Assembly (NCBI GenBank): GCA_965230895.1
Contig: OZ246394.1
Coordinates: forward strand, 569,316 to 633,315
Direction: 5' to 3'
Source: an uncultured Gammaproteobacteria bacterium
GTDB lineage: Bacteria > Patescibacteriota > Microgenomatia > Levybacterales > UBA12049
Length of the DNA: 64,000 bases
The notes beneath the pieces were generated by a model. That model had not been told where the DNA came from, searched no databases, and was given only the letters and a program-made list of their open reading frames with translations. Within the stretch, counting starts at the first letter, position 1. Each line of letters begins with the position of its first letter. Below are positions 16,327-25,956 of this stretch, in pieces. The position numbers and the translations under genes were made by a program.

Positions 16327-17184
16327 ATGAGCAATGTTGAATCAGGACAAGGAGCCCGAAGAAAAAACAGAATGACAGAACTCCTAAAAAAGAGACCTGC
16401 TGTGGACAGAAAAATGCGTTCTGTTACTAGTGCAATAAGCGCGACAGATACGGCAATTAGAGAAAGAACCGCAAATACACAAGTGGATTTAGCAGATCAT
16501 CGAGCAAACGCTGCATACCATGAAAGAGCTGCTGCAGAACATAGAGCAGGAGCTGCTGCTGCTGAAAAAAGAATAGGAGAAGAAAGTATAGATCTCCAAT
16601 CAGAAAGAGATGCACAGACTGCAGCTTTGCGTCCGTTAGAAGACGAAAGGATAGTTATTGATGCCAATCTTGCTGAGTATCGCAAAGTAGCAGATAAGAT
16701 TGGAGTACTATCAAGAGAATCTACAACTGAAAGAGAACGAGCAGAAATAGTAGAATTTTTCGTATCTGATAAGGGACACGAAATGCTAACTGATCTGAGA
16801 GAAGTAGAAGGTGTTGATTTCGCGGGGCCAGAGACATTTCGCGCAAGACAAGATCCATCTGTTATTGCAGAACAAACTGCTGGACCCGATGCTACAGAAA
16901 AGGCACGATTACGTGCGCTTGCACGAGCCGGCGATCCAGATGCAATTATTTCTTATTTTGTTGGTACAGAATCTGAAGAGAAGATCCGAAGACGACTCGA
17001 TATCTATGGATTTGGCAACGAAGAGTATATGGATAAACTTGATAATGAAATCAACAAGCGACTGGAAAGAGATGCAGTTTCAGATAATCCTTCACAATTG
17101 CTTAGGGCAGTCTATCCAGAAAGATTTACACAGGTTGTAACAGATGGAGTTCCTCGCCAAATTTATAGTGCTGACACCAAGTAA
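16327..17184 (+). CDS. Hypothetical coiled-coil protein
   Basis: 285-aa charged Ala/Arg/Glu-rich helical ORF behind a perfect promoter. Confidence 0.7.
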   Translation: MSNVESGQGARRKNRMTELLKKRPAVDRKMRSVTSAISATDTAIRERTANTQVDLADHRANAAYHERAAAEHRAGAAAAEKRIGEESIDLQSERDAQTAALRPLEDERIVIDANLAEYRKVADKIGVLSRESTTERERAEIVEFFVSDKGHEMLTDLREVEGVDFAGPETFRARQDPSVIAEQTAGPDATEKARLRALARAGDPDAIISYFVGTESEEKIRRRLDIYGFGNEEYMDKLDNEINKRLERDAVSDNPSQLLRAVYPERFTQVVTDGVPRQIYSADTK

Positions 17185-17185
17185 T

Positions 17186-18634
17186 TTATTTTGAGGGAAG
17201 AGCTGCTTTACTCCTCAATTTTCGATGATACGTAATTGCAAATCTATGAGCCTCATTTCGTAATCTTTGGATCAAGAACAGTGATGGAGAATTTTTTGGT
17301 AAAGAAATCTCAGTAAAATGCTCTTCATTGACAATGATTGTTTTGTTCTTTTCAGAATGTGTCCCTGCAAAACGAAGATTGAGAAGTTCTTGATATGTCC
17401 GGACCATTGGCGTGTCAGAATCCATCGATCCCTTCTCTCCTCCTTGCATTCCCCCAAGGGTTGGGACGACAATTGTTTCTTCTCTTTTTGCCAATCCAAC
17501 CAATGGAATAGACATCCCGCATTCAACGAGAGCAACTAGCGCACTTGAAACTTGCCCTTTCCCTCCATCAACAATAATCAAATCCGGCATATTCCAGTCA
17601 TCATGCTTGAGGCGTCTTTTCAACACTTCCTGCATCATTGCAAAATCGTTTGGCAAATCTTTTGTTGAGCGCTTATCCCATTCCCTTTTAATCTTAAACT
17701 TACGGTATTGTGAAGATTCTTTTTCACCGTTTACAAACACAACCATAGAACCAACAGCATTGGTTCCTTGAATATTGGACATATCATAGCATTCAATTCG
17801 TTCTAACTTTTCAAGCCCCATCCCTTGTTCATTAAGAACTTGCATCAATCCATCTAATTCCTGCTGCCTTTTATCTTCACGCAAGTTTGGATTGACATCG
17901 TATTCAAATGGCTTATGGAAAGGTGTGGTAATCAAACTCATGGCATTAATTCTTTTTTGAAAAATTAACGCTTTCTCAAAATCTTCAACTTTACTCGCTT
18001 TATCACGTTCTTTCTCAAGTTCAGTCATAATCTTTTTTGATTCGCCTTCAAGCATGCGGATAATGCCTTTAATATTCTTTTTGTATTCTTTACGCAGTTC
18101 TGGCGAATCGTTCACTGGAGGACATGGACAAAGACCTAAATGATTGTAGAGACAAATTCGTTTCGGATGATTTGGAGTTGAAACAAACGGAAAGATTCGA
18201 CGCATTGTTTTCAGAACAAGTTTTAGTGCTCCAGAACTTGGATACGGCCCAAAATATAATGAATGCTTATCATCTTCACGTCTAGATAATAATACCTCAG
18301 GATAATCTTTATTGACTGTAATTCGGATCTTTAAATACTGTTTATTATCAGTGAGTTTGATGTTGTACTTTGGATTATATTTCTTGATGTAAAACGCTTC
18401 GAGAAGTAATGCTTCAAGTTCCGATTCAACGATGGTGATGTTAATCTTGTCAATTTGAGAAACAAGAACTTGAGTCTTTGCACCCAGATTTGCGCTTTTA
18501 ACAAAGTATGAGGAAACTCTCGATTTGAGGTCTTTGGCTTTTCCAACATAAATAACCGTTCCGTTTTTATCTAAATAGACGTAAACCCCGGCTTCTGATG
18601 GCAATGATAAGTATTGTGAACGCGAGAATACCAA
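17186..18634 (-). CDS. uvrC: Excinuclease ABC subunit C (no C-terminal HhH domain; insertion in the RNase H domain)
   Basis: GVY..IYVGKAKDL GIY-YIG; Cys cluster; RIECYDMSN, DLIIVDGGKGQ, GLAKREE, RNEAHRFA; TTG start with GGAGGAGGT SD. Confidence 0.93.
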   Translation of the reverse strand: MVFSRSQYLSLPSEAGVYVYLDKNGTVIYVGKAKDLKSRVSSYFVKSANLGAKTQVLVSQIDKINITIVESELEALLLEAFYIKKYNPKYNIKLTDNKQYLKIRITVNKDYPEVLLSRREDDKHSLYFGPYPSSGALKLVLKTMRRIFPFVSTPNHPKRICLYNHLGLCPCPPVNDSPELRKEYKKNIKGIIRMLEGESKKIMTELEKERDKASKVEDFEKALIFQKRINAMSLITTPFHKPFEYDVNPNLREDKRQQELDGLMQVLNEQGMGLEKLERIECYDMSNIQGTNAVGSMVVFVNGEKESSQYRKFKIKREWDKRSTKDLPNDFAMMQEVLKRRLKHDDWNMPDLIIVDGGKGQVSSALVALVECGMSIPLVGLAKREETIVVPTLGGMQGGEKGSMDSDTPMVRTYQELLNLRFAGTHSEKNKTIIVNEEHFTEISLPKNSPSLFLIQRLRNEAHRFAITYHRKLRSKAALPSK

Positions 18635-20381
18635 CTGCTATACCTCCTCCCAATGGTGTTAAGAAAAATGGAGCTGATTTAACTTGATAGACGTTTGAAG
18701 CTCCAGCTACACGTATTGTATATTCGCCTTCAGTGTTTGTCAAAAATGATGTTGGATTAAACTTCGCTTGGACTTCAGCAGTTCCAAATGGCGGAATTCC
18801 TGTCGTAGCAATGGTTTGTGTATTTGGTGAGAAGGTATTTGATGATAAGTAAAGAATTTGCGGAGATAAATACGTCGATCCTGTGTTCATCACTTTTATC
18901 GAACCTGTAATCGGTAATCCTGCAATTGCAAGCTCTGGGATAGTACTGTTTGTATCAATACTTTGTCTTGGCTGGAAAGGTTCAGTAGTAAATTCAACTT
19001 GCACATCTTTTGATGCAGCCTGATCTGTATATTTGTAACCTCCGGCAGGAATAGGATATTCACTGTTTACACCTTTAATGACCAGTGCCATGTGTGAAAA
19101 ATCCATAACACTGAAGTAATCCACTCCACCAGTTGTACTTCCCCATGTAGGATCTACCATTACCCATGTCTTTTTATCTTTATCATAATATTCTGGCCAA
19201 ACATGAAGAATATCTTTTTCTTTAGAAAGCGGTCGTTGTTTTGCATTCTCTGTATATGCATACCCATCAACTTCTCGAGCTGGGATGCCTGCTGCTCGTG
19301 CTAAAGCAATAAAGAGATCTGTGAACTCTCGACAAACGGCTGAGTTTTGATTCTGTAGTGAACCTAGCGCGCCCAACCGAGGTTTTTCTTCAGTTACTCG
19401 CGAGAAATCATAATCTAAAGCATCTACTACATAATCGTAAATTCGTTCAGGGGTTTTTAATTCATCCGCTAACTCACGGATCTGATCATTAGATGATTCC
19501 CAATACTTTTGTTGCAACGTGTAAGTCTGTAATTGCTCTGGTGTTAACTCCACAGGCTTTGGCGTTAAATGTACTTGTGTTTTCCCTGCGACAACGACAT
19601 CCATATTTTGTGCTGATTTCAACTTATATTGTGCGAGCCAATTGCCATCTTTGTCTTGGATAACATTTTCAGGCGCAGGGACAATAGCATCTATCGAAAC
19701 TTCCTGATAATTTGTATCTGGTGGCAAGGCAATTTCGGTAGTTATCGGATAAAGATTTGGATTTCGGAGATGGTAGGTCAAGTTATATTTGTAGACCTGT
19801 GTATTTCCAAATGCAATTGAAATCCCTGATCTACCTAGTGTATCTTTCGTAAACGTTAAGGCATTCGTTGGTTGCTTTGGCTTTGTATATGCTGGCTGAC
19901 CAAATGAGGGAGGAACTTTTAGTTCCACAACAAACGATTTAAAGTCATTGGGATTGGATATCCCAGGGATATCAATTTCCCAGATCTTACCATAATGCCG
20001 TGCAATAGTGGGCGTATCAAAGGTTATCTGGAACTGTTGCTTGCTATTCAAGCCAACCGCTTTATTGTTAAACTTCACATCAATGATATGCCCTGTCTCA
20101 TTTTTGATAACCCCAGCTTGAATTTCTCCCCCACTATCTCGAGCTCTGACGTTAGAAATCTCACTGAAACCAAGCTGCATTTTATATGAAGGTGCATAAT
20201 ATTGAGAAGTCGTATTAGTAAGCGTAATGTCAATGACAGAATGCGCCACACCCGTCTCATCGATTGTATAGGTAACTTTATAATCAGTATCGAAATTAGC
20301 CGCCGCTTGAGCAGGCTTGGTTGGGACGAAACTAAACAAGAGCACGAAGAGTAAAACTATTGAGAGCAGTTTTCGAATCAT
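18567..20381 (-). CDS. Exported transglutaminase-like domain protein with C-terminal TM anchor
   Basis: Signal peptide; AVCREFTDLFIALARAAGIPAR, HVWPEYY, WVMVDPTW (Cys-His-Asp triad). Confidence 0.9.
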   Translation of the reverse strand: MIRKLLSIVLLFVLLFSFVPTKPAQAAANFDTDYKVTYTIDETGVAHSVIDITLTNTTSQYYAPSYKMQLGFSEISNVRARDSGGEIQAGVIKNETGHIIDVKFNNKAVGLNSKQQFQITFDTPTIARHYGKIWEIDIPGISNPNDFKSFVVELKVPPSFGQPAYTKPKQPTNALTFTKDTLGRSGISIAFGNTQVYKYNLTYHLRNPNLYPITTEIALPPDTNYQEVSIDAIVPAPENVIQDKDGNWLAQYKLKSAQNMDVVVAGKTQVHLTPKPVELTPEQLQTYTLQQKYWESSNDQIRELADELKTPERIYDYVVDALDYDFSRVTEEKPRLGALGSLQNQNSAVCREFTDLFIALARAAGIPAREVDGYAYTENAKQRPLSKEKDILHVWPEYYDKDKKTWVMVDPTWGSTTGGVDYFSVMDFSHMALVIKGVNSEYPIPAGGYKYTDQAASKDVQVEFTTEPFQPRQSIDTNSTIPELAIAGLPITGSIKVMNTGSTYLSPQILYLSSNTFSPNTQTIATTGIPPFGTAEVQAKFNPTSFLTNTEGEYTIRVAGASNVYQVKSAPFFLTPLGGGIAVGILAFTILIIAIRSRGLRLFR

Positions 20382-20397
20382 ATATTAAACACTTATT

Positions 20398-23316
20398 CTA
20401 TTTTAATATATTCTTGAGGAATTTGCCTGTCCAGGAATTTGGATTATCTGCAATCTCTTGAGGAGTTCCTGTAGCCACAACTTGCCCACCCTTTTCTCCA
20501 CCTTCAGGACCAAGATCGATGATGTGATCCGCATTTTTAATCATATCGAGGTTGTGTTCGATAACAATGACTGAGTTTCCAACATCAACCAATCTTCGTA
20601 ATACATACAAAAGTTTTTCAAGATCAGCAAAATGCAGACCAGTTGTCGGTTCGTCCAAAACATAGAGAGCATTTCGTCCTTTTTTGGAAAGTTCTGTAGC
20701 AAGTTTAATTCTTTGAGCTTCACCACCTGAAAGTGTTGGAGCTGGTTGGCCTAGTTTAATATACGATAAGCCAACATCTTGAAGAGTCTTCAACCGATGA
20801 TGCAATCCAGGCACAAAAGCAAAGAAATCTGAAGCTTCAGCTACACTCATATCGAGAACATCGGCAATACTTTTGTCGTTAAACAAGATCTCTAATGCTT
20901 CGTTATTGTATTGCTTACCATCACAAACCTCACATGTTATGTAGACATCAGGCATAAATTGCATTTCAATTTTGATTTGTCCTTCTCCTTCACATGCTTC
21001 GCATCGTCCACCTTTGACATTAAATGAGAATCGTCCTGGACCGTAGCCTCGGATTTTCGCTTCCTTCGTACTAGCGAAAATCTGTCGGATGTAAGTAAAC
21101 GCACCAGTGTATGTTGCGGCATTACTTCGCGGTGTTCGTCCAATTGGCGATTGATCAATTGCGAAAACACTCTTTAATGCTTCGTGGCCTTGCATTTCAG
21201 TAAACTTTCCAGGTTTTTGTGGATGGTACGCATTTTTCTTTTGCATCAATGCATGGTACAAAATATCATTCACCAATGTCGATTTACCGCTTCCTGAAAC
21301 GCCTGTTACAACGACAAACTTGTGCAATGGAAATTCTACAGTAATATCTTTCAGATTATTTTCTGTCGCACCGATTACTTTGACACTTTTGTTACCCATG
21401 TCGGCAAGATCCACAACCTCAGGATCTTCATCTGATTTCATTGCTCGCTTTACTTTGATTTTCTTTCTTCCTGACAAATAATTTCCCGTCAAAGATTCTT
21501 TATTTGCTTTTACTTCTTCAATTGGTCCATGCGCGATAATGTGTCCACCATTTTCCCCAGCTCCTGGTCCAAAATCATACAGATAATCGGATGCTTCCAT
21601 TGTATCTTGATCATGCTCGACTACTAAAACAGTATTCCCAAGATCACGAAGCTTCTTCAATGTCTCGATCAATTTTGTATTATCTCTTTGATGCAAACCA
21701 ATTGAAGGCTCATCAAGAACATATAAAACACCAGTCAATCCAGATCCAATTTGTGACGCCAAACGAATACGTTGTGCTTCTCCACCAGAAAGTGTTGATG
21801 CGGTTCGTGCAAGTGTCAGATATTCAAGTCCAACATCATTAAGGAACTTTAACCGCTCACGAATTTCCCGAAGAATCATTTTCCCGATTTCCTGTTCGCG
21901 ACCGGAGATAACATTTGGTAATGTATCAACAAATTGAAGCGTTCGCTCGATAGACATAGTAGAGACATCAACAATAGATTTATCATTTAATGTAACTGAT
22001 AATGCTTCCTTTTTCAGTCTTCCACCTTTACATGCTGGACAGACATCATATCGCATGAACTTATCAATTTGCGTTTTGAGGAATTGTGATTCTGATTCGT
22101 TATACTTCTTGCGAAGTTCATAGGCAATGCCACGATATGGTTCACGAATTGCTGTTTCTCGACCAAATCGGTTTTCGCCTTCAACATAATATTCTTTCTC
22201 ACCAGTGCCAAAAAGCAAAAGATCCTTTTGTTCTTTCGACAGATCACTAATACGGACATCCATTGGAATATGATTTTCTTCACAAAAAGTTTTAAATGTT
22301 CGAGAGAACCAGGTGTCATTTGAAGTAATATTAAAGAACGGTACAATACCACCTTCATTAATAGTCAAATTGTTATTAAAAATTAAATCAGGGTCTGCAT
22401 TTAACACACGACCTAAACCGGCACATGCTGGACATGCTCCATGTGGTGTGTTAAAAGAAAAGATACGAGGTTCAATATCAGGAAGAGAAATATTGCAAAC
22501 TGGACATGCAAATTTCTCAGAGAATAATTGATCTTCCATATCTTGCGGTTTTTCAGGAATTGAGAAAGAAGCATCTTTAATAATTGAAACTATCATTTCT
22601 CCATCACCAAATTGCAATGCTTGCTCAACATCGGTTGCGAGACGTGTTCGTTCGGTTTCCGCATTGAGAAGCATGACGTCGATAATTAATTCAATGCTGT
22701 GCTTATTTGTTTTGATCAAAACAAAATCGTCAGTTAAGTTATACACAGAACCATCAATTCGAACTTTTGTATAACCACGCTTTTTCAAACTTGTAAACAA
22801 ATCGGTATATTCTCCTCTTCGATCTTTTACCAATGGCGCCATGATCATGACACGCATTTCTTTTTGTCCGAAATCCTTTTTGGTTTGCTCCAGTTTATAT
22901 ATTGCATCAACGATCTGTTCTTTGGATTGGCGTGCAATTTCGCGACCACAATTTGGACAATGAGGATGTCCTACACGCGCAAAAAGAAGACGCATGTAAT
23001 CATAGATTTCAGTAACTGTACCAACTGTTGATCGAGGATTGTGTGAAGTTGATTTCTGGTCAATAGAAATTGCTGGAGATAATCCTTCAATTAAATCAAC
23101 ATCGGGCTTTTTCATCGTGCCAAGAAATTGTCGCGCATAAGACGACAAACTTTCGACGTATCTTCTTTGACCTTCTGCATACACAGTATCGAATGCCAAC
23201 GAAGACTTACCGCTTCCGGATAATCCAGTCAAAACAACCAATTTGTTCTTTGGGATTTCCAAATCTAAATTCTTGAGGTTGTGCTCACGAGCACCTTTAA
23301 TCTTAATTTTATCCAT
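20398..23316 (-). CDS. uvrA: Excinuclease ABC subunit A
   Basis: GAREHNLKN; two Walker A motifs (GLSGSGKS, GVSGSGKS); LSGGEAQR twice; Zn fingers. Confidence 0.98.
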   Translation of the reverse strand: MDKIKIKGAREHNLKNLDLEIPKNKLVVLTGLSGSGKSSLAFDTVYAEGQRRYVESLSSYARQFLGTMKKPDVDLIEGLSPAISIDQKSTSHNPRSTVGTVTEIYDYMRLLFARVGHPHCPNCGREIARQSKEQIVDAIYKLEQTKKDFGQKEMRVMIMAPLVKDRRGEYTDLFTSLKKRGYTKVRIDGSVYNLTDDFVLIKTNKHSIELIIDVMLLNAETERTRLATDVEQALQFGDGEMIVSIIKDASFSIPEKPQDMEDQLFSEKFACPVCNISLPDIEPRIFSFNTPHGACPACAGLGRVLNADPDLIFNNNLTINEGGIVPFFNITSNDTWFSRTFKTFCEENHIPMDVRISDLSKEQKDLLLFGTGEKEYYVEGENRFGRETAIREPYRGIAYELRKKYNESESQFLKTQIDKFMRYDVCPACKGGRLKKEALSVTLNDKSIVDVSTMSIERTLQFVDTLPNVISGREQEIGKMILREIRERLKFLNDVGLEYLTLARTASTLSGGEAQRIRLASQIGSGLTGVLYVLDEPSIGLHQRDNTKLIETLKKLRDLGNTVLVVEHDQDTMEASDYLYDFGPGAGENGGHIIAHGPIEEVKANKESLTGNYLSGRKKIKVKRAMKSDEDPEVVDLADMGNKSVKVIGATENNLKDITVEFPLHKFVVVTGVSGSGKSTLVNDILYHALMQKKNAYHPQKPGKFTEMQGHEALKSVFAIDQSPIGRTPRSNAATYTGAFTYIRQIFASTKEAKIRGYGPGRFSFNVKGGRCEACEGEGQIKIEMQFMPDVYITCEVCDGKQYNNEALEILFNDKSIADVLDMSVAEASDFFAFVPGLHHRLKTLQDVGLSYIKLGQPAPTLSGGEAQRIKLATELSKKGRNALYVLDEPTTGLHFADLEKLLYVLRRLVDVGNSVIVIEHNLDMIKNADHIIDLGPEGGEKGGQVVATGTPQEIADNPNSWTGKFLKNILK

Positions 23317-23510
23317 TGAAATACTTTTTCCCTGCCTATGTTGCTGAAGCTATTCGAGCAGTTGGGGAACGAAATCCAATCCATTATAAACCAAAATGCA
23401 AGCATTAGCAAACCCCTAATATCTATTGCTCATCTTTTGGGTTTTTAAAGAAATATATTGCAAAACTCATCCATATTTATTACAATCCAATCAGTTTTTT
23501 ATCCTATATT

Positions 23511-24815
23511 ATGGCTATACATGAGTACCATAGACCGAGTGGCTCTGAATCCGGTTCAGCTTCTTTTAGAAGATTGCCAGAATCAGGTCCTCCACCCAGA
23601 ACCCGCGTACAATCACCAACTCTTGCGGGAACAGAAGTAACTCGACCAAGAGTTGTTCCGCTGCCTTCAGGATTACCTCCAGAGAGAAGCTTTACTGTCA
23701 GATCACTCGATACAGATGCTCAGGAAATTTCTTCCATGGCTCCGGTTCCACAGAGTGAAGTGGACCAAGCAGCCAAAGAATCCCGCTGGACAAAGCGCAT
23801 ATTTAGAGGACGAAGAGAAGAAGATACTATTGATCCTGGAAGAAGAGCGCTTCTTAAAGGAATTGTAGCAACTTCGGGAACCTTATTAGTAGCAAAGACA
23901 GGATTGGAGGGATTGAAGTTTGTCATGGATATTGATGAACAGCAAACAGAAAAGCATTTGGTTCCTCGTGAAGGAAATGTCCAATTTGTAAATAGAGATA
24001 CACGAGACAAATTTCCTCTTACAACTTCTCTTTTCTATCGAGGATTTAATGTTGACCAAATTGATAATGCAGCACAAGCAATGGCACCATATGTATCAAG
24101 GTATGGACAGGTTGCTGCGATAGATTACGGTAATCAAACATTTGATTTAGGAGAAATAACTGAGAGAACAATAGATTTTTGTAAAAAGAATAATATCTAT
24201 AGAGTAAATATTTGGGGTAAAAGTATGGGAGGAATGGTCGGACTTGAAATGGTTGAACCACTCCGTGAAGCACGAATAAAGGTTGAAAGTGTACTTTTTG
24301 ATAGTACACCTGCCTCCAGTAAAGAAGTCATTGGAGCACGAGACAGCGACGCTTATTTCATCGAACTTTATAATAATATGGTGAAATTAGGATATGCATC
24401 ATATGGTGGAGATAGAGTTAGAAACTTTGTTGAAAAACGTGTGAATGATGTAATGCGAGATAGAGATCCAAGAAAAGAAGCGATTGGGAGAAAGAGCGAA
24501 AATGAATTACCAAATAACATTGTTTTACAGCAGGCTGGATTCATCGGAACATTCGATGTAAATCCTACTATGGCAAAGCTTTTGGAGGGAGTGCCAGTAG
24601 GATACTTTGGAGCAGAAAAAGGGATTGGTGATACAACAGTAGATGTCTTACGATCATGTGATCATTTACGAGAACGATTACCAGGATGCAACGTCAAACT
24701 CTATGAGCTTCCAGGGATTTGGCATGCAAGTTCAGGAGATCATCCAGATATTTACGGACCAGCTGCAATAAAATTCAGAGAAGATTTCAAGCTTCCTCTT
24801 GAACCCGCTGCATAA
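23511..24815 (+). CDS. Alpha/beta-hydrolase-fold protein with disordered N-terminus and internal twin-Arg-like segment
   Basis: GKSMGG nucleophile elbow; GDTTV; GIWHAS; GRRALLKG followed by a hydrophobic stretch. Confidence 0.65.
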   Translation: MAIHEYHRPSGSESGSASFRRLPESGPPPRTRVQSPTLAGTEVTRPRVVPLPSGLPPERSFTVRSLDTDAQEISSMAPVPQSEVDQAAKESRWTKRIFRGRREEDTIDPGRRALLKGIVATSGTLLVAKTGLEGLKFVMDIDEQQTEKHLVPREGNVQFVNRDTRDKFPLTTSLFYRGFNVDQIDNAAQAMAPYVSRYGQVAAIDYGNQTFDLGEITERTIDFCKKNNIYRVNIWGKSMGGMVGLEMVEPLREARIKVESVLFDSTPASSKEVIGARDSDAYFIELYNNMVKLGYASYGGDRVRNFVEKRVNDVMRDRDPRKEAIGRKSENELPNNIVLQQAGFIGTFDVNPTMAKLLEGVPVGYFGAEKGIGDTTVDVLRSCDHLRERLPGCNVKLYELPGIWHASSGDHPDIYGPAAIKFREDFKLPLEPAA

Positions 24816-24849
24816 TTCCTTTTTACTATTTTTCTGTTTATAATAAAGT

Positions 24850-24981
24850 ATGCCAAAGGAATTACGTCCTGATCTTCGAACGCAAAATTGTATTATTTGT
24901 GAAACACCTATGGGAGATATGCCAGGGACACGCGATGCATATTGTCCAAACTGTGGATATAAAGACCCTTGTTGCGAATAG
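24850..24981 (+). CDS. 43-aa Cys-rich Zn-ribbon microprotein (absent from the ORF track)
   Basis: MPKELRPDLRTQNCIICETPMGDMPGTRDAYCPNCGYKDPCCE*; TATAAT 5 nt upstream; fills the gap up to the alkA stop. Confidence 0.75.
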   Translation: MPKELRPDLRTQNCIICETPMGDMPGTRDAYCPNCGYKDPCCE

Positions 24982-25560
24982 TTAGATCTTTGGTTCGTTT
25001 TCTAGACTTCTCCACAAATACCAACAAGCAGTCGATCGATAAGGTTTCCATTTTTCAGACAAATCGAGCATCTCTTTTTGATCAGTAATGCCATACAATT
25101 TCGTAATAGCATTCCGTAATCCCAAATCACCAATTGAGAATACATCTGGACGTTGTAATGTAAAAATTAAAATCATTTCAGCTGTCCATCGACCTATTCC
25201 TTTTATTTGTGTTAATTCAGCAATTACTTCTTCGTCTGATTGCTTGCGTACTTTCTCAATATCAATTAAGTCACTGACAAATGCATTTGCGACAGACTTT
25301 ACATACTTTATTTTTGAATAAGACAAACCAGCACTGCGGATCATTTCATCATCCATTTCCAGAACTTCATTTGCTGAAGGAAAATCTTCATTTTGGAACA
25401 AAGCGATAAATCTTTTATAGATAGCGTCTGCTGCTTTTACCGATAACTGTTGAGAGATAATAGATTTCATTAATGACTGCATTAATGTGGCACTTCTATC
25501 CTCAAATTGTGGTACAGGATACTTCTTTTCTAAACTGTGCATTATTGGTTCTGTAAACAT
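24982..25560 (-). CDS. alkA: DNA-3-methyladenine glycosylase II (HhH-GPD)
   Basis: IISQQLSVKAA, LTQIKGIGRWTAEM, DLGLR, WKPYRS. Confidence 0.92.
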   Translation of the reverse strand: MFTEPIMHSLEKKYPVPQFEDRSATLMQSLMKSIISQQLSVKAADAIYKRFIALFQNEDFPSANEVLEMDDEMIRSAGLSYSKIKYVKSVANAFVSDLIDIEKVRKQSDEEVIAELTQIKGIGRWTAEMILIFTLQRPDVFSIGDLGLRNAITKLYGITDQKEMLDLSEKWKPYRSTACWYLWRSLENEPKI

Positions 25561-25561
25561 A

Positions 25562-25915
25562 TTAATCACATTCTGCTGAAAATTCAGCGCCTCTAGTTCG
25601 CGGATCTACTCGAAAACTGTATGTGGCACCATCAGCGTGCACTGACAAAGACTTTTTTTCGGCTCCACCATTTCGAAACGATCCTTTGGCTGGTTTCCAT
25701 ACCACAACTTCATTTCCTGCTCTAAATGAGAAGTAACTTTTTTCCACAGATGCAGGCGAGACAAGACCTACATATTCTCCACCGCCACCGTTACAACTAA
25801 TTGTTATATCACGATCCACCGATCCATCATTCCCACAAGCAGTTAATCCAAGTACTCCGGCAACTGCTATGCGACGAGAATATTTCTTCAATCTAAAAGA
25901 TATGTTCTCTTTCAT
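25562..25915 (-). CDS. Putative small lipoprotein
   Basis: Basic N-region, hydrophobic h-region and lipobox LTA-C. Confidence 0.55.
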   Translation of the reverse strand: MKENISFRLKKYSRRIAVAGVLGLTACGNDGSVDRDITISCNGGGGEYVGLVSPASVEKSYFSFRAGNEVVVWKPAKGSFRNGGAEKKSLSVHADGATYSFRVDPRTRGAEFSAECD

Positions 25916-25956
25916 AAATTTCAGGCACTATATCATGTCAGAAAACGTTTCGCAAA

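Noticed and set aside
23317-23392. Structured uvrA leader or SOS box
   Set aside because: Only a weak stem (TTCCC/GGGAA, TGCT/AGCA) and no recognisable LexA box shared with the other repair genes.
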